The notes: a model not told the origin generated them from the sequence alone. A DNA stretch of 64,000 bases from an uncultured delta proteobacterium (GCA_963785725.1 CAWAWS010000009.1:64001-128000); one strand, 5' to 3'; numbered from the stretch's first letter, positions 1 through 10,172 are shown. Program-made: numbers and translations.

Positions 1-580
1 CGTCCTTCTTCACCTGCTGCAACAGATAGGCGAGGTAGAAGAGGACTTCGTCGGTGCGCTTGTACGAGCCGTACTTGTCGGGATGGTCGGCGACCTCGAG
101 GTACGCCTTGACCGACGCGAACAGCCACTGGTTCTCGCGCTTCTGGAAGTCGGCCTGCTGGCCCTTCAGCTGCGACGCGAGGCCGGTGTTGCCGGAGTTG
201 CCGGCGTCGAAGACCTTCTGGTCGAGGTCGCGCGCGCGGAAGTTGTAGTACTGGCGCTGCTCGTTATAGAGCTCGGCCATACGGAACAGGAGATCCGGCT
301 TCTCCGGGTCGCTGTCGTTGGTGGTCTCGATGAGTCGCTGCAAGACGCGGATCTGCGCGTCGGTCACCGACTTGACCTTCTCGCCCACGCCGCCGAACAC
401 GTCGTCGGCGCTGATGGCCGGACGGTTGCGCTCCTCGGTCTTCTTTTGCACCGGCTTCGTCACCGCGGTCTGCGTGGCGACGATGTCCGATTCCTTCTTG
501 GTGTACTTGGCCGCCGCCGACGCCAACGAGGACGTCAGCGCAAACGACGCAAGCAATGCTCCGGAGACGATCCGCTTCAT
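1..580 (-). CDS. N-terminal part of a large secreted TPR protein, GltD/AgmU-like gliding motility protein (runs off the window start)
   Basis: Not in the ORF track because it is open at the edge. ATG at 580 reads MKRIVSGALLASFALTSSLASAAAKY... (signal peptide), then ...LIETTNDSDPEKPDLLFRMAELYNEQ...DEVLFYLAYLLQQ (TPR-like helices). Starts 5 nt after the gltC-like stop. Confidence 0.6.
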   Translation of the reverse strand, partial: MKRIVSGALLASFALTSSLASAAAKYTKKESDIVATQTAVTKPVQKKTEERNRPAISADDVFGGVGEKVKSVTDAQIRVLQRLIETTNDSDPEKPDLLFRMAELYNEQRQYYNFRARDLDQKVFDAGNSGNTGLASQLKGQQADFQKRENQWLFASVKAYLEVADHPDKYGSYKRTDEVLFYLAYLLQQVKKD

Positions 581-585
581 ATGGA

Positions 586-2350
586 TTACCGCCCGCACTT
601 GTTGGCCACTTTGAACCGGTAGAAGCCCAGCTCGTCCTTCCAATATTCACCCTTGAAAGGCCACTGCTGGTGCTCGTCGTCGATGACGATGGTGTTGTAA
701 TTCTTCGAGTTCGGGTTGATCGAGCTCTGGTCCTGCCCGACGCCGGCCGTGAGCGCGCCCTTCTGCGCGTTCAAGGTCTCGAACTCGATCTTGATCGACT
801 GCTTCATGAGATCCTGAATCTCCGACGCGAGACGCGTGAGGCGATTGCGCGCCAGCTGACCGGCGTCGTTCGCCGCCAGCGACTTCTGCAGCGTGAGATC
901 TTGCAAGATGTTGCCGGCGACGGCGGTCGACTTCCACGCCGGGTCGGCCTTGTCGATCGCCTTCAGCTCGCGGTCGAGCTCGGCGACCCACTCGATGTTC
1001 TTCTGCAGCGAGCGGTCGGCCAAGGCGCCGGCGGCCGCGTGCTGCGCGCGCTCGCTCAACCCCTCGCCTTCGCCGTCGCGGATCTTGATGACGTAGTCGT
1101 AGAACTGCGCGTTGTCGGGGTACTTGGCGAGGATGGCGTCGACCTCTTTGCGCAGGTCGGGATAGACCGAGTTGAACTCGGTGATGGCTTCGGCCGAGCG
1201 GTCGTAGTTGCAGCGGTTGAAATAGATGACGGCTTTGAGGATGTACGCCTCGGGGTAGAACTCCGTCTCGAAGTAGGGCGACGTGATCGAGTGGATGTTA
1301 CCGAGCGCCTTGGAGTCGCCGTCGACCATGAAGTAGGCCCACGACGCCTCGAACAGCGACGCGCCCCAATCCGGCGACGCGCCTTCACGCGACTCCGGTC
1401 CCGGCAGCTTCTCGAAGTACTTGATCGCCTGCTGATACTGCTTGGTCGAGTAGAAGACGCGGCCGAGCGACAGGTTGGCCAGCTCCTCGGCCTCTTTGAG
1501 CGACTTCGGAACCTTGTCCGGATCGTCGTACTCCTTGACCTTGCGCAGGATGGCCTTGAACGAATCGGCGGCGATCTTGCCGTGGTACTCGCGAACGTGG
1601 GTCAGACCCTCGAGGAACTTGGCGCGCGGGTAGAACTCGCTCTTCGCGGGGACGGAGCTGAACAGCTCGACGGCCTCTTTGAAGTTGCCCTTCTGATAGT
1701 GGTAGCGGCCGAGCAGGTAATAGAGCTCGTCGCGCACCGGCTCGAGCGCCGGCTGATCGAGATCGGAGCGCGTGTACTTGCCGATCTTCTCGAGCACGCC
1801 CGCCGACTCGGGCAGGAAGCGCGACAGCGACGCCAGCCACTGCAGCGTCTTCTGCGTAGTAGCGATGATTCGGGCCCTTCTGAACGATCTTGTCGAAGTA
1901 GCTCAGCGACGCCGAGTAGTACTTCATGTTGAACAGCGTCTTGCCCATGAAGAACTCGGCGCGCTGCTTGTTGCCCTCGTCGTCGCCCGACTGGCCTTCG
2001 ACGACCTTGTTGAGCTCGATCGACGAGTTGGCGTAGTCCTCGGCGTCGTAGAGCTTGAGCGCGCGCTCCAGCACCTTCGACGGCGGTCCCGGCGGACCCG
2101 TGGGCGCGACCGCTTCGGGCGTGAAATTCATCGGCTTCTTCTTGCCGCCCGCCTTGCCCGGCTCGTCCTGATGGACCTCCTCGGGGCTGAACGTCATACC
2201 GCCGCCTCCCGAGTCGGTCGCGGCAGGCTGCGCCTCCTCCGCGGGAGCGCCCTTCTTCTTTTTCTTGGCGAACGCCGTGCCCGAGGTGACTTGCATCACC
2301 AGCAGCGGCGCGACCAAAAGGACGAATCCACGGAGCATCTTCCGAGTCAT
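586..2350 (-). CDS. gltC: GltC-like adventurous gliding motility TPR protein (1-nt frameshift near 1856)
   Basis: ORF 1385..2350 (signal peptide, TPRs) joins ORF 586..1797 after removing one base (KGPNHRYY|QKTLQWLASLSRFLPESA). The C-terminus DDEHQQWPFKGEYWKDELGFY...C matches the GltC/NfsC terminal motif as I recall it. Confidence 0.75.
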
Positions 2351-2374
2351 CGAGAACCTCTCGTTGGGGTCGCG

Positions 2375-2403
2375 AGTTTATTCACAGCCTGACGGATAGA
2401 CAA
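2375..2403 (-). promoter_or_regulatory. Candidate sigma70-type promoter proximal to gltC
   Basis: Minus strand TTGTCT-N17-TAAACT, about 25 nt upstream of the ATG at 2350. Confidence 0.4.
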
Positions 2404-2484
2404 GGAATTCCAAGTTCGTGAATAATTCACCGAGTTACTCCTACATGGCCGTTCGGTGTGGCGAGCCCTGCCATCGTCGGCGCG

Positions 2485-2514
2485 ACAATAGAAAATTAAA
2501 ATCGAACATGTCAA
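2485..2514 (-). promoter_or_regulatory. Candidate distal sigma70-type promoter for the glt operon
   Basis: Minus strand TTGACA-N18-TATTGT with an AT-rich spacer. Confidence 0.45.
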
Positions 2515-2528
2515 GTCACGGATTCTCC

Positions 2529-2557
2529 TTGACGCTTGCGGCCTCGGTTGCTAGTAA
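2529..2557 (+). promoter_or_regulatory. Candidate sigma70-type promoter of rpsU
   Basis: TTGACG-N17-TAGTAA upstream of a GGAG RBS and the GTG at 2585. Confidence 0.5.
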
Positions 2558-2584
2558 AGGCCCTCTCTTTTTTGGAGATCGCTC

Positions 2585-2803
2585 GTGGATAACTTGCTCG
2601 GCCGCCCTCTCGAAGTCGAAGTTCGCGATAGCCTTGAGAAGGCGATGAAGATCTTGAAGCAGAAAATGTCGAAGGAAGGCATTTTGCAAGAGGTCAAGCG
2701 GCGTCGGTTCTACGAGAAGCCCAGCGTGAAGCGGAAGCGCAAGATGCGTGAAGCCCGCAAGCGTCGCCGTCGTGAGGCGAAGCGTCGCGGCGGCGGGAAA
2801 TAG
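2585..2803 (+). CDS. rpsU: 30S ribosomal protein S21
   Basis: 72 aa and basic, with LEKAMKILK...EGILQEVKRRRFYEKPSVKRKRK. Confidence 0.95.
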   Translation: MDNLLGRPLEVEVRDSLEKAMKILKQKMSKEGILQEVKRRRFYEKPSVKRKRKMREARKRRRREAKRRGGGK

Positions 2804-2866
2804 TTTCTCAGCTTTTGCCGTAACGCACCGGCTCTTCGTTCGTTTCGATTCATCCTCATAAAGACG

Positions 2867-2902
2867 GGCCGCCCGATTCAGTCGCGGGCGGCCTTTTCTT
2901 TT
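2867..2902 (+). terminator. Rho-independent terminator after rpsU
   Basis: 9-bp stem GGCCGCCCG / CGGGCGGCC with a 9-nt loop, followed by TTTTCTTTT. Confidence 0.85.
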
Positions 2903-2928
2903 GTGCGCTTTTTAGCAAAGCTGCGCAC

Positions 2929-4110
2929 ATGAGCTCTCACACGAAGACGACGACCGCGACGCGCTGCGCCCACGCCGGTCACGACGCGGCCGGGCTGCCG
3001 AGCAACGTCACGACGCACGCGCCGCCGATCTATCAGACCTCGGGCTTCGAATATCCGTCGCATGTCGAGGCCGACGCGGCCGCCGACGGCAAGCTGCCGC
3101 TGTACACGCGCGACGGCAATCCCACCGACGAGCGGCTGGCGCGCGCGCTGGCCGATCTCGAAGGCGCCGAGGCCGGCTGCGTGTTCTCGTCGGGGATGGC
3201 CGCGATCGCGACGGCGCTGGAGGCGTATGTCGGCGTCGGCGGGCACATCGTGTCGGTCGACGGGATCTACGGCGGCACCTACGAGCTCATCGCGGCGCTG
3301 CTGCCGCGGTTCGGCGTGACGCATACGATGGTGGCCGAGCCGAAGCCGGAGGCGATCGCGGCGGCGATTCGGCCGGAGACGAAGGTCGTGCACCTCGAGT
3401 CGATCTCGAATCCGCTCTTGCGCGTGGCCGATCTCGATGGCGTGGCGGCGGTTTGCAAGGCCAAGGGCATTCCGCTCACTGTCGACGCGACGTTCGCGAC
3501 GCCGCTCTTGCAGCGGCCGATCGAGCGCGGCGCGACGTTGTCGGTGCACTCGGCGACGAAGTACATCGGCGGGCACGGCGACATCATCCTCGGCGTCGTC
3601 GCGGGCGCCCAAGAGGCGATCGACAAGGTGCGCAAGCTACGCAAGCTGCACGGATCGACGCCCGACCCGTTCGCGGCCTGGCTGGCGCTGCGCGGGCTGC
3701 GGACGATGGCCTTGCGCGTCGACCGGCAGACGGCGTCGGCGCTGCAGATCGCGCGGGCGCTGGTGGAGATGCCGGGCGTCGAGCGCGTGCACCATCCGTC
3801 GCTGCCGTCGCATCCCGATCACGCGCTGGCCAAGAAGCAGCTCGACGGCGGCGGGGCCATCGTCAGCTTCGAGGTCAAAGGCGGCTTGGAAGGCGCGCGG
3901 CGGGTCTACGATCGGCTGCGGCTGGTCGTGCGCGCGGCCAGCTTGGGCGACGTGACGTCGCTGATGACGCATCCGGCGACGTTCTCGCACAAGGGTTTGG
4001 GCGCGGCCGAGCGCCAGCGCATCGGCATCGTCGACGGACTGTTGCGGCTATCGGTGGGAATCGAGGACGCTGGGGATCTGATCGACGACTTGCGGCAGGC
4101 GCTCGCCTGA
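2929..4110 (+). CDS. PLP-dependent trans-sulfuration enzyme (methionine gamma-lyase / cystathionine gamma-synthase family)
   Basis: PPIYQTS, YTRDGNPT, FSSGMAA, HSATKYIGGHGD (PLP lysine) and LLRLSVGIED motifs. Confidence 0.92.
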   Translation: MSSHTKTTTATRCAHAGHDAAGLPSNVTTHAPPIYQTSGFEYPSHVEADAAADGKLPLYTRDGNPTDERLARALADLEGAEAGCVFSSGMAAIATALEAYVGVGGHIVSVDGIYGGTYELIAALLPRFGVTHTMVAEPKPEAIAAAIRPETKVVHLESISNPLLRVADLDGVAAVCKAKGIPLTVDATFATPLLQRPIERGATLSVHSATKYIGGHGDIILGVVAGAQEAIDKVRKLRKLHGSTPDPFAAWLALRGLRTMALRVDRQTASALQIARALVEMPGVERVHHPSLPSHPDHALAKKQLDGGGAIVSFEVKGGLEGARRVYDRLRLVVRAASLGDVTSLMTHPATFSHKGLGAAERQRIGIVDGLLRLSVGIEDAGDLIDDLRQALA

Positions 4111-4884
4111 ACGGGCGCGATCGGCGAGGCGCGCCAACACGCCGTCGATGAGCTTCTCGAAGTCGGCGCGACCACGGCCGGTCGTGCCCTCGAACTCGTA
4201 GATCGTCTTGCGGTGCGACGGCGCGGCCTTGTGGCGCGTGTTGACGCGAATCGGGCTCTCGAAGATGGCGTCGCCGAACTGACGGCGCAGGATCTTCTCG
4301 ACCTCGACGGTGATGCGCTCGCGCTTGTCGTACATCGTCAACAAGTAGCCGAGCACTTCGCAGCGCGCGCCGAGGCGTTGCCGGATGCGCGCCAGCGTCT
4401 CGCCGAACAGCTTGAGGCCCAAGATCGGTAGGTATTCGCAGCTCACCGGCACGATGATGTGCTCGGCAGCGACCAGCGCGTTGTAGGTCAAGAGGCCGAG
4501 ATAGGGCGCCGTGTCGACGACGATGTAGTCGACCTTGTCGGTCACCGTCGAGAGGCAGCGCTGCAGGACCTGCTCGCGCGCCATCGCCGTCGCCAAGTGG
4601 ATGTCGACCGCGGCCAACGTCTCGCCCGCCGGCGCGACGAACAGGTTCTCGGTCTTCGTCTCACGAACGACGTGCTCGATCTGCCGCTCGTGGATGAGGC
4701 ATTCGGCGACCGACGCGTCGCCCTCCTTGAGCTTGACGCCGAGCGTGGCCGTCGCCGAGCCCTGGATGTCGAGGTCGAGGAGCAGCGTCTTGTGGCCACG
4801 GCGCGCCAGGCCCGCGGCGAGGTTGACCGCCGTCGTCGTCTTGCCCACGCCGCCCTTTTGATTCGCGATGCACAGAATCGACAT
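4048..4884 (-). CDS. ParA/Soj family ATPase (orphan)
   Basis: Deviant Walker A NQKGGVGKTTT, DLDIQGSAT, DTAP, VPVSCEYL and LLTMYD. The 3' end overlaps the convergent gene by 63 nt. Confidence 0.92.
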   Translation of the reverse strand: MSILCIANQKGGVGKTTTAVNLAAGLARRGHKTLLLDLDIQGSATATLGVKLKEGDASVAECLIHERQIEHVVRETKTENLFVAPAGETLAAVDIHLATAMAREQVLQRCLSTVTDKVDYIVVDTAPYLGLLTYNALVAAEHIIVPVSCEYLPILGLKLFGETLARIRQRLGARCEVLGYLLTMYDKRERITVEVEKILRRQFGDAIFESPIRVNTRHKAAPSHRKTIYEFEGTTGRGRADFEKLIDGVLARLADRARSGERLPQVVDQIPSVLDSHR

Positions 4885-4950
4885 GCCTCGACGCTACGGC
4901 CGACCGATCGCGCGAGCAAATTTTTGCGTCTCACGTGATATGTTGCCGCC

Positions 4951-5811
4951 GTGTCACGCTATGTGGAGATCGCGTTCGCGGTGACGCCGGAACGCGTGGA
5001 GAACGATATCGAGACGTTGGTCGCTTTGGGCGCGAGTGGGGTCGAGGAGCGCGATCAGACCACCTTCGACAAGGCGCCCGACGCCGGCTCGCCGCTCTTG
5101 CTCGTATGGCTGCCCGTCGAGGAGGCCAAGGACTTTCTCGTCCGTGCCGAGGCCGCCGGGCTGCCGCCGCCGTCGGATTCGGGCCGCGTGCGCCACGAAG
5201 ACGAGTGGCGCGACGTGTGGAAGAAGTTCTTCGCGCCGCGCAAAGTGGGCCGCTTCGTCATCGTGCCGAGCTGGGAGAAATACCGAGCCGGCGACGGCGA
5301 AGTCTTGATCGACATGGATCCGGGCCGCGCCTTCGGCACCGGCGGCCATCCGTCGACGCGCTTGTGCCTGGAGGCGATCTCGCGGCTCGACGACTGCGAG
5401 CGCTTCTTGGACTTGGGCTGCGGCTCGGGCGTCCTGTCGATCGCCTGCGCCAAGCTGTTCGACGGCTCGAGCGGCATCGGCGTCGACATCGATCCCGATT
5501 CGGTGGACGTCGCACGTGAAAACGTGACGCGCAACCTCGTCACCGATCGCATCTCGTGCTCGACGACGCCGATGGCCGACGTGCACGGGCCGTTCGATCT
5601 CGTGCTCGCCAACATCTTGCCCGACGTGCTGATCCCGATGGCCGACGTCATCGCCGGCAAAGTGGCGCCGGGAGGCACGCTGATCTTGTCGGGAATCTTG
5701 ATCGAGCTGGCCGACGGCGTGGAGGCGGAGTACGTGCCGCTCGGCATGCGCACGGTGGAGCACATCGACGAAGAGGGCTGGCGCGCGATCGTGATGGAAC
5801 GGCCGGCCTAG
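4951..5811 (+). CDS. prmA: Ribosomal protein L11 methyltransferase
   Basis: IVPSW, DPGRAFGTGGHPSTRLC, LDLGCGSG, LANIL, ILSGI. Confidence 0.93.
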   Translation: MSRYVEIAFAVTPERVENDIETLVALGASGVEERDQTTFDKAPDAGSPLLLVWLPVEEAKDFLVRAEAAGLPPPSDSGRVRHEDEWRDVWKKFFAPRKVGRFVIVPSWEKYRAGDGEVLIDMDPGRAFGTGGHPSTRLCLEAISRLDDCERFLDLGCGSGVLSIACAKLFDGSSGIGVDIDPDSVDVARENVTRNLVTDRISCSTTPMADVHGPFDLVLANILPDVLIPMADVIAGKVAPGGTLILSGILIELADGVEAEYVPLGMRTVEHIDEEGWRAIVMERPA

Positions 5812-5814
5812 CGA

Positions 5815-6561
5815 ATGTCGCATCGACTGTTCGTGGAGCCGGCGCGGCTGGCCGATGAGGTCGTCGTGCTCACCGACGAGGATCATCGTTATCTGACGCG
5901 GGTGTTGCGGCTCGGCGTCGGCGAAGCGGTGACCTTGTTCGACGGCAAGAGCGTCGAGGCGCTGGCGCGCATCAGCCGCGTCGGGCCGCGGGCGCTCGAG
6001 CTGCGCATCGAGGAGCGGCGGCCGGTGTTGGCCGACACGCGGCCGCAGGTGACGCTGATTCAAGGGCTGGCCAAGGGCGACAAGATCGACTTCGTCGTGC
6101 AAAAAGCGACGGAGCTCGGGATGGCGCGCTTCATTCCGGTGACGACGGCGCGCGCGGTGCAGCGGCTCGACGGCACGGCGGCGCGGGCGCTGCAGCGACG
6201 GGCGCGCTGGCAAAAGATCGCGCGCGAGGCGGCGCGGCAGTCGGGCCGGCTCGACGTGCCCGAGGTCGAAGGCGTGACGACGCTGACGACGGCGCTGCGC
6301 GCGTCACCGAAGGACTCGCTGAAGCTGATGCTGTGGGAAGGCGCGCGGCAAACGTCACTGCGGACGGAGATTCCGACGGTGGTGCCGCAGCAGATCGTCA
6401 TCGTCGTCGGTCCCGAAGGCGGATTTACCGTCGAGGAAGTGGAAGAGGCGCGCCATGACGGCTTCGTCGCGGTCGGGCTGGGGCCGCGCGTTTTGCGGAC
6501 GGAGACGGCGGCGATGGTGATGCTGGCCATCCTCGGCTACGCGGTCGGCGATCTGGGATGA
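5815..6561 (+). CDS. rsmE: 16S rRNA m3U1498 methyltransferase
   Basis: VLRL, QKATELG, EAARQS, VGPEGGF, LGPRVLRTETAA; follows prmA. Confidence 0.95.
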   Translation: MSHRLFVEPARLADEVVVLTDEDHRYLTRVLRLGVGEAVTLFDGKSVEALARISRVGPRALELRIEERRPVLADTRPQVTLIQGLAKGDKIDFVVQKATELGMARFIPVTTARAVQRLDGTAARALQRRARWQKIAREAARQSGRLDVPEVEGVTTLTTALRASPKDSLKLMLWEGARQTSLRTEIPTVVPQQIVIVVGPEGGFTVEEVEEARHDGFVAVGLGPRVLRTETAAMVMLAILGYAVGDLG

Positions 6562-6620
6562 CACGCGAGCGCGATTGCTGGGTTGCCGGGGAGCGGCGCG
6601 GGACTAATAATAGACGTCCC

Positions 6621-7115
6621 ATGTCACCGGCTCTGCAGCAGGCGGTACCACCCTTGCGCGTGCACGTGGCCGGGTTTTGGCGCCGCCTCGCCGCCGCAGT
6701 CGTCGACGGCATGGTCCTGTCGGCAGTCGCGCTCATCTTGGGCACGGTGATGGCGCTGGTCTTGCGCCACCCGCTGCCGAAGCTGGGGCAGCTCGGGCCC
6801 GACTATCTCGTCGACGTCGCGGTCAACGGCGGGACGCTGGAAGTGGTGGCGCTGCTGCTGTTGGCGCTGCTGTCGTTCTCGTACTTCTACTTGTTCACCG
6901 TGTTGCGCGGGCAGACGTTCGGCAAGCACCTCCTGAAGGTGCGCGTCATCGACGCTTATGGTGACCGGCCTTCGGCGTGGCGCGCGTTGGTGCGGACGGC
7001 GGCCTATTTGCCGTCGCTGGCGGTGCTGGCGCTCGGCTTCGTCTGGGTGGGCTTCGATCGCGAGAAGCGCGGGCTGCACGACTGGCTCGCCGATACCTAC
7101 GTGGTGCGCGCGTGA
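6621..7115 (+). CDS. RDD family membrane protein
   Basis: AGFWRRLAAAVVD, GQTFGK, RGLHDWLADTYVV. Start probably ATG 6621 (ORF open from 6558). Confidence 0.9.
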   Translation: MSPALQQAVPPLRVHVAGFWRRLAAAVVDGMVLSAVALILGTVMALVLRHPLPKLGQLGPDYLVDVAVNGGTLEVVALLLLALLSFSYFYLFTVLRGQTFGKHLLKVRVIDAYGDRPSAWRALVRTAAYLPSLAVLALGFVWVGFDREKRGLHDWLADTYVVRA

Positions 7116-9709
7116 CGTCACGGCTGGCGTCGCTGTTGGTGCAGGACGGGCTCGTCAGCGCCAAGAAGATGGCCGAGGCGTTCCAGCGTCAGGTCATCTA
7201 CGGCGGCACGCTCGACACGATCTTGTTGGAGATGGATGTCGTCGACGAGCAGACGCTGCTGGAGGCGTTGGCGCGCAGCTCGTCGTTGCCGATCGCGGGC
7301 GATCTGCCGACGCCGGAGCAGCTGCAAGGGCTGAAATTGCGCGACTGGATGCCGCTGCCGATGTCGGAGCGGCATCGCGCGGTGCCGGTGGAGCTCGACG
7401 GCAACGTCATGCGCGTGCTCGTCATCGATCCGCCCGATCGCAAGCAGCTCGACGAGCTGGGCTACACGCTGTCGCTGTCGATCGAGCCCATCATCGTGCC
7501 CGAGTACCGCTTCGTGCAGGCGGTGGAGATGGTGTACGGCTCGCTGATTCCGGCGCGTTTTGCGTCGCTGGCGGCGAAGCTGGTGAAGCGCGCGGCCGAT
7601 CCCAGCCGGGCGCGGCCGAAGCCGGCGCCGGCGCCCGTGCCGGTGGCGGTGCCGGTCGCCAACACGCAGCCGTATCCCGAGCCGGTGCCCGTCGCCATCA
7701 GCGAGCCGGCGGCGGCCGTCGCGACGAAGCCGGCGGTCGAAGCGGCGCCGCCGGTCGAAGCGGCAAGCCCGCTGGTCGAGAGCGCGAAGCCGGCGGAAGC
7801 GGTGCCGGCGCCGGAGACCGAGCTCGACAGCGGGCCGACGGCGCGCGAGACGCCGGCGGCCAAGGCGCATATGGCGGCCGACGTCGTGCCGACACTGCCG
7901 GTGGCGCCGGCGCCCGAGGAGCGCCGCGTCGTCACCGACGTGCCGATGCCGGGCGCCATGCCGGCGGCGGCGCCAATCGTCGAGGCCGCGCAGCAGGCCG
8001 AGCTCGAGCAGCGCACGACGACGCGCCCGGCCGCGCCCGAGACGGCGGCCTATGCGCATGCGCCGGCGGGCGGCGTGCCGTCGCCGGCGACGCCGATGCA
8101 GGCCGACGAAGCGCGCGCGGCCATCGACGCGGCCGAAGATCGCGACGGCATCTTCGAGGCGTTGTGTCGTGGCGCGCGGGCACGGCTGCCGTTCGCGGCC
8201 ATCTTGACCGTGCACGGCGACACCGCGGCCGGACGCTTGGCGTTGGGCGCGACGTGGTTCGATCGCACGACGCTGGCGGCGGTGGCCGTGCCGCTCGACA
8301 AGCCGTCGCCGTTCCGCACCGCCAGCGTCGGACGCTCGCCCTATCTCGGCCGCATCGGCGAAGAAGAGATCGGCACGCAGCTGTTGGCGTCGCTGGGGCG
8401 TAAGCCGCCGCTGCCGGCGCTGCTCATGCCGGTCGTGCTGCGCGAGCGGGCGGTGGCGCTGTTGTACGCCGACGCCGACGGCAACGAGCTCGACGCCGAC
8501 ATCTTGGCCGAGCTGTCGACGCTGACGGCGGCGGCGGCGCGCAGCTTTCAGCGGCTGATCTTGCGGGCCAAAGGCGGCGAATATGGCCGGCCGACGGCGC
8601 CGGCGGCGAGCACGGCGGCCGGGGGCAGCAAGCTGAACACGACCGAATCCGCGGACGGCGCCGTCGCCGGCGGCTGGCATCGCCCGGATGAGCCGCACGT
8701 GCATCGGCCGACGCAGCCGCGCTTCTCGATGGCGCTCGTCAACGCGGTCAAGAACGAGCTGGCGGTCGACAAGCAGCGCGCGGTGCAGATGCCGCCGCGC
8801 GAGGATGCGGCGCCGGGCGGCGAGCTGCACGACGCGAAGACGGCGCCGCTGCCCGACGTCGAGGGCCTGGTGGCGTCGCTCGAGCGCGGCGACGAGCATG
8901 CGCAGATGAGCGGCGAGGCGCTGGTGGCGATCGGCGATCGCGCAGCGGCGGCGCTGGTGGCGCGCTTGCCGGGACCGCTCAGGCTCGATCGGCACACGCT
9001 GCGCGGCGCGACGCCGCCGCTCGGTGAGCACGGGCCGCTGTTGGCCGTCTTGGCGCGCATGGGGCGCGCGGCGCGCGATCCGCTGGTCGAGCGACTCGGC
9101 GATCCGTCGCTCGAGGTGCGCTACTACGCGACGCTGGCGTTGGGCGAGCTGAAGTCGCCCGATGTCGTGACGCCGCTCGGCTCGCGGCTCTACGATCCCG
9201 ACGCGGCCGTGCGCCGCGCGGCGGTCGATGCGCTCGCGCACTTTGGCGACTCGCCGCAGCTGCGCCGCTTGCACGAGCAGCTGCGCGGCGACCTGCCCGG
9301 GCCCGACAACGTGCGCCAGCGTTATGCGGCCGAGGCGGTGGGCGCGCTCAAAGACGTCGAGTCGGTGCCGCGCCTCGTGGAGCTGGTCAAACACAGCGAG
9401 TTCGCGGTGGTGTCGGCGGCGCGCAAGTCGCTGGTGGAGATTACGAAGCAGGATTTCGGGACGTCGCGGTGGCGTTGGCGCAGCTGGTGGGAGCGGCATC
9501 GCGACGAGCCGCGCGTCGAGTGGATGCTCGAGAGCTTGGGCCACGCCGAGCCGGAGGTGCGGCATTCGGCGGCCGAGGAGCTGCGCGGGCTGTCGCGCGA
9601 TTCGTTCGGGTATGCGTTCGATCTGCCGAAGCGCGAGCGTGAGGACGCGCGCAAGCGGTGGGTCGAGTGGTGGCGTGAGCACGGCGCGACCATGCAGGAC
9701 AAGCGGTAG
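7112..9709 (+). CDS. FrgA-like protein: N-terminal T2SSE_N/MshEN-like domain, Pro/Ala linker, GAF-like region, C-terminal HEAT repeats
   Basis: GTG overlaps the RDD stop (GTGA). SRLASLLVQDGLVS...QRQ...GGTLDTILLE, RHRAVP..DPPD; LLMPVVLRERAVALLYAD; LGDPSLEVRYYATLALG and LYDPDAAVRRAAVDAL repeats. Confidence 0.7.
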   Translation: MTSRLASLLVQDGLVSAKKMAEAFQRQVIYGGTLDTILLEMDVVDEQTLLEALARSSSLPIAGDLPTPEQLQGLKLRDWMPLPMSERHRAVPVELDGNVMRVLVIDPPDRKQLDELGYTLSLSIEPIIVPEYRFVQAVEMVYGSLIPARFASLAAKLVKRAADPSRARPKPAPAPVPVAVPVANTQPYPEPVPVAISEPAAAVATKPAVEAAPPVEAASPLVESAKPAEAVPAPETELDSGPTARETPAAKAHMAADVVPTLPVAPAPEERRVVTDVPMPGAMPAAAPIVEAAQQAELEQRTTTRPAAPETAAYAHAPAGGVPSPATPMQADEARAAIDAAEDRDGIFEALCRGARARLPFAAILTVHGDTAAGRLALGATWFDRTTLAAVAVPLDKPSPFRTASVGRSPYLGRIGEEEIGTQLLASLGRKPPLPALLMPVVLRERAVALLYADADGNELDADILAELSTLTAAAARSFQRLILRAKGGEYGRPTAPAASTAAGGSKLNTTESADGAVAGGWHRPDEPHVHRPTQPRFSMALVNAVKNELAVDKQRAVQMPPREDAAPGGELHDAKTAPLPDVEGLVASLERGDEHAQMSGEALVAIGDRAAAALVARLPGPLRLDRHTLRGATPPLGEHGPLLAVLARMGRAARDPLVERLGDPSLEVRYYATLALGELKSPDVVTPLGSRLYDPDAAVRRAAVDALAHFGDSPQLRRLHEQLRGDLPGPDNVRQRYAAEAVGALKDVESVPRLVELVKHSEFAVVSAARKSLVEITKQDFGTSRWRWRSWWERHRDEPRVEWMLESLGHAEPEVRHSAAEELRGLSRDSFGYAFDLPKREREDARKRWVEWWREHGATMQDKR

Positions 9710-10172
9710 GCGGCGCGGCCGCGGCGACGGTCGGTTCTGCCGCGGCGCTCGTCGGTGGCGCGGGCGGCGGCTGTCGGGCCGGTTGGGCGGAGGGCGCCGG
9801 GTTGGCGGGCTCGCGCGGGCGGCTGTGCCCGCGTCGGCTATCGCCGACGGCCGGGTCCAGCGAGCAATCGGCCGCGCGGGCGCGCTCCGTCGGAGTCGGC
9901 CATCGTGTAGTCAGGCACGCCGATCGATGATTTATCGCGAGCGCACGCGCTCCGCACCCACGCGCGCCACCAAGTCCGCACAGGCACGCAACGAGCACTG
10001 GCAGCGTCGAGGCGAAGCGGGCGAAGGTTCCTGCCGCGCGGCGCGAGGCGAAGCGGGCGGCTTGAATTTTTCGGGCGCGGCGAGCGTTCAATCGGCGCCG
10101 ATCGTGGTTCGTCGGCACTAGCAGCGACGAGAATGCGTCTTACAACTCGTCCATCGCTTAACGGAGGACTAT

